64,000 nucleotides of DNA from Patescibacteria group bacterium (lineage in GTDB: Bacteria > Patescibacteriota > Patescibacteriia > UBA9570): positions 29,041 to 93,040 of the forward strand of contig JBAYIY010000001.1 in the NCBI GenBank assembly GCA_041665365.1, in the 5' to 3' direction. The position numbers and the translations under genes are program-made. Below are positions 1 through 10,122 of the stretch, piece by piece. Position 1 is the stretch's first letter. The number at the start of each line of letters is the position of its first letter. The notes beneath the pieces were generated by a model. The model was not told the DNA's origin. It saw nothing but the letters and a program-made list of their open reading frames with translations, and did not search any database.

Positions 1-4
1 AGGA

Positions 5-1054
5 GTGTTTGGATTACCTTATGCGTTTGCTCAAGCCGGAGTTTTTGTCGGAATTGTTTATGTGCTTGTGATTGGTTGTGTTCTCTTGTTTGTAAATTTG
101 GCGTATGGTGAAATTGTCAGTAGTATACCTGGACACCATCAATATACTGCCTATGTTGAGAGGTATTTAGGAAAGCGCTGGAAAATACTGGCAGTTTGCT
201 CAATGTGCTTAGGATTTTATGGAGCTTTGAGTGCCTACTTAGTTGAAGTAAATAAGCTTTTATTTGCCCTGTTTGGCCAATCGTGGATTGGACTGGTATA
301 TTTTTCTTTATTGGCGCTCGCTTTATTAGTTGGCATTCGAGCTGTCGGCGTTTTGGAAAAAATACTGATGATTGTGATGCTGTCTTTGATTACTATTTTT
401 ACTGTCTATGCGCTACCACACATCAACATCAGTAACTATACCACTGCGAGTGGTGCAAATATATTTTTGCCATACGGCGTGGTGTTATTTGCGCTGGCCG
501 CTGCCTCGGCCATACCGGAAATGAAAGAAGTGCTGGGAAATAACCGGTCAAAACTGTACTTGGCAATTATTATTGGATCTATTATTCCACTAGTAATATA
601 TTTAGTCTTTCCGATTGTCACAGTGGGCATTACCGGCAGTAATACAACTGAAAGTGCTGTGCTTGGTTTAGGAAAAGCGCTCGGACCACAAGTTTTGTGG
701 TTAGGTAGTATTTTTGGTTGTATCACAATGACCACATCTTTTCTGGTGCTCGGTTTGGCACTCCGAGAGATGTTTCAGTATGATCTGCATATCAAGCCAA
801 CCTTAGCCTGGTTTATCACATTACTCCCCCCGCTGGTGATCTTAGCCCTAAACAATCTGAGTTTTATTGAAATTCTTGGCATCTCCGGTACATTTATTGG
901 GGGGATTGATGGTATAATTATCATGCACATGCATCGTCAATTGCGTAACATAAACCATGCCAAATCATCTTTTATTTTACATGGTTTAGCTTATTTAGTT
1001 TTTATTGGTGGTATTGCCTATGAAATTTGGATCGTGGCTCAACGATTATCGTAA
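5..1054 (+). CDS. amino acid permease (AAAP/Aa_trans-like), 5'-truncated at window edge
   Basis: N-terminal 'GLPYAFAQAG' motif and ~10 hydrophobic helices typical of the Aa_trans/aromatic amino-acid permease family. The ORF is open at position 1. Confidence 0.55.
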   Translation: MFGLPYAFAQAGVFVGIVYVLVIGCVLLFVNLAYGEIVSSIPGHHQYTAYVERYLGKRWKILAVCSMCLGFYGALSAYLVEVNKLLFALFGQSWIGLVYFSLLALALLVGIRAVGVLEKILMIVMLSLITIFTVYALPHINISNYTTASGANIFLPYGVVLFALAAASAIPEMKEVLGNNRSKLYLAIIIGSIIPLVIYLVFPIVTVGITGSNTTESAVLGLGKALGPQVLWLGSIFGCITMTTSFLVLGLALREMFQYDLHIKPTLAWFITLLPPLVILALNNLSFIEILGISGTFIGGIDGIIIMHMHRQLRNINHAKSSFILHGLAYLVFIGGIAYEIWIVAQRLS

Positions 1055-2516
1055 GTATAGATTATTGGAAATGATTCCCGGTTTGTTGTCTTGGGGTACT
1101 TTAATTGGTGCTGTTTTATTAACGATAATTACGCCTATCACCATGGTTTATGTTGTTATTGTGTACGATTTTTACTGGATGGTAAAAGTGGCATACATTA
1201 ACACTTTTCTCGTTATTTCCTTTTTTACTTACAAAAAAACCATGCGCATCAATTGGCCAGATAAACTAAAGACCTTGAACAATACTGAAATCTATCATAT
1301 AATTTTTATCCCTAACGCATCAGAAAATATTAATGTAGTTGAATCCACATTTGCGGCTTTAGCTAAAACCAACTATGACCCAGACCGGCTTTGGATCGTG
1401 TTTGCCGCTGAAGCTCGTTTTCCTGGCAGTATTGCCAATGGTCTAGCGATGCAACAACGCTACGCCGATCGTTTTGGAAAAATTATTGTCACCACCCATC
1501 CTGATAATATTCCAGGTGAAATTGCTGCCAAAGGAGCCAATCTAACCTTTGCCGGAAAATATATTAAGCCACTAATTGACCAAGCCGGTTTGCCTTATAA
1601 AAATATTTTGGTGACTATTTTAGATGTTGATTCATGTGTTGAACCGCAATATTTTGATTATTTAACCTACACTTTTTTACAGCATCCTGATCGACTTCAT
1701 ACGAGCTACCAGCCCATTCCAATGTTTAACAATAATATCTGGGATTCACCGGCTATTATGCGAGTAGCCTCAATGGGAACAACGTTTTGGTCGATGTCTG
1801 AACAAGTGCGGCCAGAGCGTCTGTTAACCTTCGCGTCACATAGTATGCCCTGGCAAGCTTTGGTTGATGTTGGTTTTTGGCAAACGGATGTAGTATCGGA
1901 TGATTCACGAATTTTTGTACAATGTTTTTTGGAATATGATGGCCATTATAGTGTGACACCATTACATATGCCTATTTATATGGATACAGTTTTATCGGAT
2001 AATTTATGGAAGAGTCTAAAAAATCTTTATAAGCAGCAACAACGCTGGGGGTGGGGGAGTGAAAACATACCGTTTATGCTCTGGCAATTTCGTCAGGCTA
2101 AACAAATTCCCATACGAAAAAGAATTTTAGCAGTCATAAATCAATTAGAGGGTCATTGGTCTTGGGCAACTGCTTCGATTATTATATTTTTTTTAGGCTA
2201 CGTACCACTCCGTTTGGTTGAGTGGCAGCAGGCGACTGATCAAATTGCCACCATTGCGCCACAATTACTAAATGTCATGCTTAGTGTGGCCGATATTGGT
2301 TTAATCTTATCGGTTATTTTAGGAACGCTGATTCTACCGCGCCGACCAGTTAATTATTCACCCAGTCGATATATAATGATGATAGTACAATGGCTGTTAT
2401 TACCGATTTCTATGATCGTGTTTGGTTCATTCCCGTCACTAAGCGCTCAAACAAGATTATTGTTTGGTAAATATCTAGGTTTTTATGTCACTGAAAAATC
2501 CAGACGAACACATTAA
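1005..2516 (+). CDS. membrane-embedded processive family-2 glycosyltransferase (cellulose/chitin-synthase-like)
   Basis: N-terminal TM helices, D-x-D-like 'LDVDS', and the Q-x-x-R-W signature 'YKQQQRWGWG' of processive GT2 enzymes, followed by C-terminal TM helices. Confidence 0.6.
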   Translation: MVVLPMKFGSWLNDYRKYRLLEMIPGLLSWGTLIGAVLLTIITPITMVYVVIVYDFYWMVKVAYINTFLVISFFTYKKTMRINWPDKLKTLNNTEIYHIIFIPNASENINVVESTFAALAKTNYDPDRLWIVFAAEARFPGSIANGLAMQQRYADRFGKIIVTTHPDNIPGEIAAKGANLTFAGKYIKPLIDQAGLPYKNILVTILDVDSCVEPQYFDYLTYTFLQHPDRLHTSYQPIPMFNNNIWDSPAIMRVASMGTTFWSMSEQVRPERLLTFASHSMPWQALVDVGFWQTDVVSDDSRIFVQCFLEYDGHYSVTPLHMPIYMDTVLSDNLWKSLKNLYKQQQRWGWGSENIPFMLWQFRQAKQIPIRKRILAVINQLEGHWSWATASIIIFFLGYVPLRLVEWQQATDQIATIAPQLLNVMLSVADIGLILSVILGTLILPRRPVNYSPSRYIMMIVQWLLLPISMIVFGSFPSLSAQTRLLFGKYLGFYVTEKSRRTH

Positions 2517-3228
2517 AATATCAATTGTCATACCAGCCTATAATGAAGAACTGACCATAGCGCGGTGTTTACGTAGTGTTACTGAACAAAGTTTGCCACG
2601 TGATGAATATGAAATCATTTTAGTTGATAATAATTGTACAGATAACACTGTCAAAATCGCCAATACTTTTGACAATATCATTATTGTACAGGAAACCAAT
2701 CCAGGAGTTGGGGCGGCTCGGGCGGCGGGCTGGGCTCGAGCGCGTGGTGAAATTATTGCCTCGACCGACGCTGATTGTCAGGTACCAAAACATTGGCTAC
2801 GTAAAATTTTACATCGCTTTACTGTAGAACCACATTTAGTTGCAATATCTGGTGGTTATTTATTCTACGATCGAAATTTCTTAATAAACATACTGGTGCG
2901 GATTGTTGAGCGTTGTTTAGTGGCTCTATCTTGGTTTTTAGCCGGTGGTGTTATGGCGATGACGGCTAACAACATGGCCGTGCGCCAATCAGTTTATGCT
3001 CAAACCAGTGGCATTGACCCGAACCTGCAATACGGTGAAGATCTTAATTTAGCCAAAAAACTCCATGCCTATGGCTCAATACGTTGGGTCTTTAATAATC
3101 GCATTAAAACTACAGCCAGACGTTTTCAGGGTCTAAATTTATCCGTCGTACCATATGCCCTAAATTTTGTTTCTATGTCGGCGCGCAATAAAGCGTTCAA
3201 GAATCACTTAAAAACTATTCGTAAATAG
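2485..3228 (+). CDS. GT2 family glycosyltransferase
   Basis: 'ISIVIPAYNEE...IILVDNNCTDNT' GT-A fold N-terminus and 'STDADC' DxD-type motif. Confidence 0.75.
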   Translation: MSLKNPDEHIKISIVIPAYNEELTIARCLRSVTEQSLPRDEYEIILVDNNCTDNTVKIANTFDNIIIVQETNPGVGAARAAGWARARGEIIASTDADCQVPKHWLRKILHRFTVEPHLVAISGGYLFYDRNFLINILVRIVERCLVALSWFLAGGVMAMTANNMAVRQSVYAQTSGIDPNLQYGEDLNLAKKLHAYGSIRWVFNNRIKTTARRFQGLNLSVVPYALNFVSMSARNKAFKNHLKTIRK

Positions 3229-4026
3229 TACTTGTTTATATCCGTGCTCAAAGTCAGCCAATGACATGGCTGGTTTACCGGCCGGTTGAATCATATCACA
3301 AATAAATTTGCCCTCTTGCCAATGCGCCTGAGTAATTTTATAGCGCTGCTCATTTTCTACAAAATAAACACCTGGCCAAGGTTGCAAAGCGCGATACCGA
3401 TTCCACATCTTCCGAGCCGACATATCTGGCCGTAATTCACCATCAGATTTTCTTAACATTTTTGCGATTGTTACACCTAAGGTCGATTGTGCTTGCGGTC
3501 TGATGGTTTGGTTTAAATATTTATGTATTGTTTCAGTTAACAGATCTGCCCCAATTTGACTTAAAGTTTTTTCTAAAGTAATGGCTGTATCATGTATAGA
3601 AATCGGATAATTCTGTTGTGACAAAATGGGGCCGGTATCTAATCCGGTATCGATTAACATTATGGTCACACCAGTTTCTGCATCGTCTGATAACAAGGCA
3701 GATTGAATGGGGGATGAACCGCGCCAGCGTGGTAGTAAAGAGGGATGAAGGTTAATAATCCCAAATGGAAAATGATCAATGATCGCTTGTGGGATTTTAA
3801 CACCATAATCAATGACTATGCCTAAATCGGCTTCGGGTAAATCATTTAAACTATGCTGCAATGGAAGCCCGAATGTTTTTGTCAGCTCACTAACTGGGGT
3901 AGGAGTTAACCTATGTTGTCGACCACTAGGTCGATCTGGCTGACTAACAACCAACTGAATACTATCTTTTAGTAAAGTCAAACTTGGTAAAGCCACTAAA
4001 CCACTGCCAAAAAAAATTAGCTTCAT
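3208..4026 (-). CDS. fmt: methionyl-tRNA formyltransferase
   Basis: 'IINLHPSLLPRWRGSSPIQ' formyltransferase core. Directly downstream of def (def-fmt operon). Confidence 0.85.
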   Translation of the reverse strand: MKLIFFGSGLVALPSLTLLKDSIQLVVSQPDRPSGRQHRLTPTPVSELTKTFGLPLQHSLNDLPEADLGIVIDYGVKIPQAIIDHFPFGIINLHPSLLPRWRGSSPIQSALLSDDAETGVTIMLIDTGLDTGPILSQQNYPISIHDTAITLEKTLSQIGADLLTETIHKYLNQTIRPQAQSTLGVTIAKMLRKSDGELRPDMSARKMWNRYRALQPWPGVYFVENEQRYKITQAHWQEGKFICDMIQPAGKPAMSLADFEHGYKQVLFTNSF

Positions 4027-4481
4027 GCTTCAAATTTATCGATAATAAGCACGCCTGTGAGATGATCAATTTCGTGTTGAAACACTTTAGCCAATAAACC
4101 CTTGGCTTTAAACAGATGCTTTTTGCCGTCAAGAGTATAGGCTTTAACGCGCACTTTTTCCGGCCGACGCACATCGCCAAATAGGGTTGGACACGATAAA
4201 CAACCTTCTTCCATAACATTCATGGTTTTAGAAGAAAATACAATTTTCGGGTTAGCGAGCACTAAATGATCCGGTGTTCCAGCCACATCTTTATTAATAA
4301 CAAATAAATTGATATTTTTTGCAACCTGCGGGGCAGCCAAACCAATACCGGTATTTTTTATCATGACCACAATCATTTGTTGACCTAATTCAACATAATT
4401 TGGTAATTCTGCAATGGGCAAATTATGCGATTTTGCCCGTAATATCTTATTGGGTTGTAGGGTAAGAGGTAATACTTCCAT
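4023..4481 (-). CDS. def: peptide deformylase
   Basis: Motifs 'GIGLAAPQV', 'EGCLS' and 'HEIDHL' (metal ligands). Confidence 0.9.
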   Translation of the reverse strand: MEVLPLTLQPNKILRAKSHNLPIAELPNYVELGQQMIVVMIKNTGIGLAAPQVAKNINLFVINKDVAGTPDHLVLANPKIVFSSKTMNVMEEGCLSCPTLFGDVRRPEKVRVKAYTLDGKKHLFKAKGLLAKVFQHEIDHLTGVLIIDKFEA

Positions 4482-4486
4482 AAACG

Positions 4487-5800
4487 CTAGATTAACACAT
4501 ATGGCGGATAATGAAAACGTTTACGCTCGCGCAATGTTTGTTTGTACCATTGCTCTGGATAGGGCTGATGAAGCGCTTGAATTACTGGGTGATCTGGAGC
4601 ATAAGTTTGTATATACAAACGGGCGACACGGTTACGAAGCCAGATTAATTGTTGGAGAGTGGTTTCATGACTGCGATAATCAGGCAGGGTTAATTGTGCA
4701 TCAAGGCTAGTAGCAATGACAGTATCAATTGTGCTCCAATCGAGTTTATTAAACAGTGCGGTTGTTCCAACAATGATGGTTTTATCCGGAAACATTTGTT
4801 TGATCGTTTTATCAATGACGTTAACCGTCCGATTATGCCACAACACCACATGCGTAGCTTCGGCCATGGCGGCCAAGACACCCGGTGCAAACAAAACACC
4901 TGGCGACGAAGCTATAGTGGTAATTTTGGGTAAATAATCTTCCGTTAAAAGCGCAGTAACAATCGGTTGATGCGCCACTTGCTCGGTGCGCGGTGCCATA
5001 CTCAGGTAAACAGCGTAAGTTTGTTTATCCACGACAGTTTGAACGTGATAACGTGGTTTCATATCCCACTGTTCATGAGCAGAATTTTCTGGATCAAGCA
5101 CGATTACTCGCGTTGCCTCGGTTAAAGGTAAAAGCGACAATCTTTTTGTACCAATGAGAACACCAGGCTGATGATTTACTAATACCTGCCATGCCGATTG
5201 AATGGTATCTTTATGTTTAGCTTCGACTACTAGTGGATGATATTGGGCCACAACGCCTGACCAATAGGCTATCTGAGTGTGATCAGGACAAATAATAACC
5301 ACCGGACCCTTTACGTGTTTAATCAAACCAAGCACAACCGCGGCGGCTTCATTACTTCGTTGATAAAGGATTGTACTTGAACTCTGCAATGAGACAACGG
5401 TATCGACAACTTGTTGAATGACCGCTTGGCGTTTTTTTTGAATAACCAAGGCACGCGGTAAGACTGGCTGTGGAGCGGTTTTTAATGCTTTTTTCTTATG
5501 AAACTGCGGGAGACAAGCCAGATAGGCGGATGATAAACTAATCTCATAATGATCGGCTAGCCAATGTAAAAAATTGTTGTATGGCTCTGGTAATTTATCG
5601 GGTAAGACAGTTTCGATCCATTTGGCGGTGGGATAAGGAGTAACATTATTGTCTTGCACAACACCAAGCACACTTGAATTACGCCAGGGAATCATTACCA
5701 ACTGACCTTTAACTAGAGCAGCGGTTGACCGATAGGTAAATTGATCCTTGCCACGAATCACCCGAATCACCGGACTGACCAGTACGTAACAGTCTGACAT
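4487..5800 (-). CDS. PriA-like primosomal protein N' homologue with degenerate helicase motifs
   Basis: N-terminal 3'-DNA-binding-domain-like region ('FTYRSTAALVKGQLVMIPWRNSSVLGVVQD'). Walker-B position reads 'VLDPENS' instead of DEEH. No GxGKT Walker A and no Cys-rich zinc region. Ends at the conserved 'YPP' motif. Conserved priA-def-fmt context. Confidence 0.5.
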   Translation of the reverse strand: MSDCYVLVSPVIRVIRGKDQFTYRSTAALVKGQLVMIPWRNSSVLGVVQDNNVTPYPTAKWIETVLPDKLPEPYNNFLHWLADHYEISLSSAYLACLPQFHKKKALKTAPQPVLPRALVIQKKRQAVIQQVVDTVVSLQSSSTILYQRSNEAAAVVLGLIKHVKGPVVIICPDHTQIAYWSGVVAQYHPLVVEAKHKDTIQSAWQVLVNHQPGVLIGTKRLSLLPLTEATRVIVLDPENSAHEQWDMKPRYHVQTVVDKQTYAVYLSMAPRTEQVAHQPIVTALLTEDYLPKITTIASSPGVLFAPGVLAAMAEATHVVLWHNRTVNVIDKTIKQMFPDKTIIVGTTALFNKLDWSTIDTVIATSLDAQLTLPDYRSHETTLQQLIWLRNRVARLYIQTYAPDHPVIQALHQPYPEQWYKQTLRERKRFHYPPYVLI

Positions 5801-5804
5801 TGAG

Positions 5805-6578
5805 TTAAATTAAATTGAATTGTGCCACCAATAATCCGGAATCATGCACCACTTCGTAGGATAATATATTCGCTCTAACTTTAGCTTCTGATAATGCTCC
5901 AGACAATAATACTAAAGTGCGGAACTCATTGACCGCCTGAGCTGATTCAGCTAAATCAAGATTAAGTGATTGGAGTTGGGTTAAGTCACCCGATTGAATA
6001 GTTTTCATGATGCGATCGGCAAAGGCTTTTCCCGCCGGATCGGTCATGGCATGGCCTAATTCGACTGAGGCAATACAGGCGATTCGTTTATTACTTTGCA
6101 AAGCCACTGAGCGTAACAACTGGCCAAAAGCGTAATGTTGTTCCACACCCAAATGTGCCAAACTTACCGGCACAATTTTCACTGATGGAAGATGTTGTGT
6201 TAAGTGGTAGAGCGCCACGGCGGCACCGTAATCCAATTCTGGTTGCGTAATACTATGTACTGGTTGACGATGGGCATCGGCATACTCACGAATTTTTGAG
6301 ACTAACTCAATATCACCATGCAGTTTAATTGAAGTCTGCGCATCACCGAAATCTTCATAGGTGCAAATAAAATCGGGTGATAGGTTAACCGCAAAAGACG
6401 CTTCACTCATTGGCGCATGTGGTGATAAAACAAATATAGTATCAGGCTGCATTACATAAAATTCACCTTCCAGTTCTTTCAAGGCAGTTCGAGTATTCGT
6501 TAGCCCAGCTTGATCTCCGTTCATACCTGGCAAAGTACTAGGGGAGTGGGGCACGATGGCAGCAAAAACCAAGGACAT
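5805..6578 (-). CDS. class III extradiol dioxygenase / MEMO1-LigB superfamily protein
   Basis: 'AAIVPHSPS' and 'VLSPHAP' motifs resembling MEMO1/AmmeMemoRadiSam protein B and LigB-type folds. Confidence 0.4.
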   Translation of the reverse strand: MSLVFAAIVPHSPSTLPGMNGDQAGLTNTRTALKELEGEFYVMQPDTIFVLSPHAPMSEASFAVNLSPDFICTYEDFGDAQTSIKLHGDIELVSKIREYADAHRQPVHSITQPELDYGAAVALYHLTQHLPSVKIVPVSLAHLGVEQHYAFGQLLRSVALQSNKRIACIASVELGHAMTDPAGKAFADRIMKTIQSGDLTQLQSLNLDLAESAQAVNEFRTLVLLSGALSEAKVRANILSYEVVHDSGLLVAQFNLI

Positions 6579-6582
6579 ATAT

Positions 6583-8016
6583 TTATTTAGTAGTTGACTT
6601 AGTTAGACGTAATGGTTTACCTGTCTTATGCAATTTTAAATCGTCTTTTTTCACTTGAATAATTTGGTCGCGACCACCTAAGCGTTTTAAAATACCGGTC
6701 GAGGCAATGGGTCGCTTCTTGCCACCATCGATCACATAAATTGTATCGCGTTCTGGAATTTTTAGTAAAGTGCCATCCGCATACTTGATGGCTGGCCGTT
6801 GCGGAAACTGTTGTAATACTGCAGGGCTCTCAGCTTCTATCGCATATCCTTTGAATCTATTTTCTAAAATAGTTTTTGATCTAATATCATGTATGTAACC
6901 AGATTCATCCAAATAGACGACGGCTCCGCTAGTTTTATTTTGCAGCACGGCACCTAACGGATACTTATTGTTTTCCGTAATGGGCACACCATCTGGAATA
7001 ATGTTCAGTTCGGCTTGCGTCATAGGGATCACTTCTTCAGGATTATACCCTAAATTGTGAAAAACAGAGGCTGAGGTGATAGCTCGTTTGTTATGATCAC
7101 CATCAATGAGATAAATGCCACCAGTGGGACCTTGTACTAGGATGAATTTTGGCACAGCAATCGGGGTCCCAAAATTATAACGATCAATGACAGAACTATC
7201 GACTGTGACAATTTGGTTTGGATTATAATTGGCCAGTAAAGCCGTGGTTGAAGTAATTGGCCGCAACTGATTGCGCTCTAATTTGTACACGGCACCGGAA
7301 ATAGAATCTTGCAACAAAGTTAGATTAGGATAACGTAAATAAACTGACGCTCGATTCGGAAAGAACCCCTCCATGATGTCGTAAAATAATGAGTTGCCAC
7401 CCACATAACTAGCCCCACCGTAATAACCCAGCCATGGTGTGTAGGTGTAAAGTACGGCCGTCGCTTTGTTTTGCGGAGTAATGGCGATGCCATCTAGAGT
7501 AGTTTTGGTAATGCCAACCCCCCAACCAGAAATAGTACTGTTATGATCTTCCAGGTCTGCTAAATAACCATTGCGAATTTGGTTGCCAGCGGCATCAAGC
7601 TGCTTGGCAAAGCCTTTGTACTTGATCACGAGAGGATCGTCTTTAGAACAACTATCACACACGCCATAACCTAAAGCCCAATCTAGTAAATTTGTGTTGT
7701 GCCCAGTTACTAAACTTGATTCTTTCTGTACCGTGGCAATAATAAATTGCGCATTGAGTTGATAACGCTGAGCAGTGTTGTAAATAATTTCCGCCGCTGA
7801 GCGTTGTGTGCCATCTACATCAGTTGTTGTATAATCGCTTAACGCCCCACCCCGATTGCTCAAAAAAGTTTGAATACTGGTTAATGACATTCGGCTATAA
7901 TCGGTCATGTCCTCATTACTGATGATATCATGCGGATTAAATGGTGCGGCAAAACTAGCCAGTGGCACCACTAGCGGGACAAAAATAGCTAATGTTAGCA
8001 TCATTCTATTAAACAT
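6583..8016 (-). CDS. secreted protein with lysozyme-like N-terminal region and four tandem ~55-aa repeats
   Basis: Signal peptide 'MFNRMMLTLAIFVPLVVPLASFA'. Four C-terminal repeats share 'G-x-[IV]Y-[LV]-[ILD]-x-x-x-x-R-x-I-x-S'. Confidence 0.5.
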   Translation of the reverse strand: MFNRMMLTLAIFVPLVVPLASFAAPFNPHDIISNEDMTDYSRMSLTSIQTFLSNRGGALSDYTTTDVDGTQRSAAEIIYNTAQRYQLNAQFIIATVQKESSLVTGHNTNLLDWALGYGVCDSCSKDDPLVIKYKGFAKQLDAAGNQIRNGYLADLEDHNSTISGWGVGITKTTLDGIAITPQNKATAVLYTYTPWLGYYGGASYVGGNSLFYDIMEGFFPNRASVYLRYPNLTLLQDSISGAVYKLERNQLRPITSTTALLANYNPNQIVTVDSSVIDRYNFGTPIAVPKFILVQGPTGGIYLIDGDHNKRAITSASVFHNLGYNPEEVIPMTQAELNIIPDGVPITENNKYPLGAVLQNKTSGAVVYLDESGYIHDIRSKTILENRFKGYAIEAESPAVLQQFPQRPAIKYADGTLLKIPERDTIYVIDGGKKRPIASTGILKRLGGRDQIIQVKKDDLKLHKTGKPLRLTKSTTK

Positions 8017-8059
8017 ATTGCTTTGAGTATATCTTATTCTGTGCTAAAGTTCAAGGGCT

Positions 8060-8722
8060 ATGAGTGTCCGGATAGATCCATTAACTAAACAGGCAGTGCA
8101 TAACTTACTCGATCAGTGGCTCCAACAAACTGAGCGTAAAGTTATCTATACACCCAATCCAGAAATTCTGGTCTATGCTTATTACCATAAAGATTATACA
8201 GCCTGTCTTAATCGCAGTGCTTTAAATTTACCAGATGGGATTGGCATTGTGCACTGCAGTAAAGGTAAAGTGCCAGAACGGGTCACTGGTACTGATACTA
8301 TGAATTATATATTAAACCAATCTAAAAAAAATAATCTTACGGTTGGAATTGTAAAAAAAACCACCGGCTTATCTTCTGTTGCAGAAATAAAACAACATCT
8401 ACCAGATAGCGAAGTGATTACTGAGAGCGGTTCGTTTACAAAAATTCCAGACGTGGTTTTGGTTAGTTTAGGTTTTCCGGAACAAGAATATTGGATTGAG
8501 CAACATTATCACCAACTCAAAGGTAGCCGCATTATCATGGCAGTAGGGGGGAGTATCGATCATATTACTGGTCAACAAAAACGTGCCCCATTGCTTTTTC
8601 AGCGTCTTGGGTTAGAATGGCTGTGGCGTGTCTTGTGGCAGCCACACCGTCTGAACAGAATTATCACGGCGGTGCTCGTTTTTCCTTATTTACATTATAC
8701 TAAACAACTCTTTCATGTCTGA
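8060..8722 (+). CDS. WecB/TagA/CpsF (GT26) family glycosyltransferase
   Basis: 'LNLPDGIGIV', 'GFPEQEYWI' and the C-terminal 'LEWLWRV' motif typical of TagA/WecG. Confidence 0.75.
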   Translation: MSVRIDPLTKQAVHNLLDQWLQQTERKVIYTPNPEILVYAYYHKDYTACLNRSALNLPDGIGIVHCSKGKVPERVTGTDTMNYILNQSKKNNLTVGIVKKTTGLSSVAEIKQHLPDSEVITESGSFTKIPDVVLVSLGFPEQEYWIEQHYHQLKGSRIIMAVGGSIDHITGQQKRAPLLFQRLGLEWLWRVLWQPHRLNRIITAVLVFPYLHYTKQLFHV

Positions 8723-10115
8723 AGTTCGCACTCGGTTTGCCCCTTCACCTACCGGTAATCTCCACATTGGCGGCGCGCGCACGGCTTTGTATTCTTATTT
8801 ATGGGCGAAGAAAAACCATGGTAAATTTTTCTTAAGAATTGAAGATACTGATCAGACTAGATATCAAGCTGGCGCCGAGCAATCAATTTTGGCTGGTTTA
8901 CAATGGCTGGGTTTGGCATGGGATGGAGAGATAGTTAAACAATCTACCCGTACAGCCATCTATCGAGAGTATGCTGAACAACTGTTACAAGACCATAAAG
9001 CCTACCGTTGTTTTTGCAGTGCTGAACGGTTAGATCTAATGCGTGAATTGCAAAAGAAAAAAGGGCGCGCCCCTAAATATGATAAAACCTGTTTACACTT
9101 ATCGGCTGAAGAACTGTCGGCCAAGTTAGCCAATCATGAACCGTACGTCATTCGGTTAAATATTGAACCGACCGGTGTTGTTCGAATCACCGATTTAGTA
9201 CGCGGACCAATTGAATTTGCGTGCGCTGAGCTGGATGATCAGATTTTGTTAAAATCCGATGGTTTTCCGACGTATCATTTAGCCAATGTCATTGACGATC
9301 ATGCTGCCGGTATAACAGATGTCATTCGCGGTGAAGAATGGATTCCATCGACGCCTAAACATGTCTTGTTATATCAAGCCTTTGGTTGGCAACCACCCAC
9401 CTTTGCTCATTTGTCATTGTTCATCAATAAAGGGGGAGGGAAGTTATCCAAACGTGAAGGCGCTGCCGCATTACTAGAATATAAACAACAAGGCTATCTA
9501 CCTGAAGCGGTGATTAATTTTATTGCGCTGTTGGGTTGGAATCCTAAAACCACCCAAGAGTTTTTTAGCCTAACCGAACTAGTACAAGCGTTTGACCTGA
9601 AGCAAGTAAATACAGCGAATCCCATTTTTGATACAGACAAACTTGATTGGTATAATGGCCAATATATTCGTAAATTAACCCCGGCACAATTACTGGAACA
9701 ATGTCGACCATATTTGCCAGAGGCCGACATGGATTATCAACAAAAAGTTGTTTTGCTTGAACAGGAACGTCTAAAAAAATTATCTGACATTACTGCTTTA
9801 ACTGACTTTTTCTTTACTGATAAATTAGTTTATGAACCAACTTTGCTTGTCTGGAAAAAATCTGATGCCGCCAGTACGAAAAAATACCTACAAGATTTAT
9901 TTAATTTATTGAGTACATCTTTTTCTGAAAATTTAGAACCAGACATCCTCACTTGGATCAAGCAAAACAATTACCAAAATGGTGATGTGTTATGGCCACT
10001 GCGAGTAGCTTTATCCGGTAAAAAAGCTTCACCACCGCCTTTTGCCGTGGCGACAGTCTTAGGTAAAGAAAAAACCCTCAACCGTATCCAAAACGCCATA
10101 AACTTGCTAAAATAG
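8715..10115 (+). CDS. gltX: glutamyl-tRNA synthetase
   Basis: 'VRTRFAPSPTGNLHIGGARTALYSY' HIGH region and 'KLSKR' KMSKS-type motif. Confidence 0.9.
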   Translation: MSEVRTRFAPSPTGNLHIGGARTALYSYLWAKKNHGKFFLRIEDTDQTRYQAGAEQSILAGLQWLGLAWDGEIVKQSTRTAIYREYAEQLLQDHKAYRCFCSAERLDLMRELQKKKGRAPKYDKTCLHLSAEELSAKLANHEPYVIRLNIEPTGVVRITDLVRGPIEFACAELDDQILLKSDGFPTYHLANVIDDHAAGITDVIRGEEWIPSTPKHVLLYQAFGWQPPTFAHLSLFINKGGGKLSKREGAAALLEYKQQGYLPEAVINFIALLGWNPKTTQEFFSLTELVQAFDLKQVNTANPIFDTDKLDWYNGQYIRKLTPAQLLEQCRPYLPEADMDYQQKVVLLEQERLKKLSDITALTDFFFTDKLVYEPTLLVWKKSDAASTKKYLQDLFNLLSTSFSENLEPDILTWIKQNNYQNGDVLWPLRVALSGKKASPPPFAVATVLGKEKTLNRIQNAINLLK

Positions 10116-10122
10116 ACGTAGC

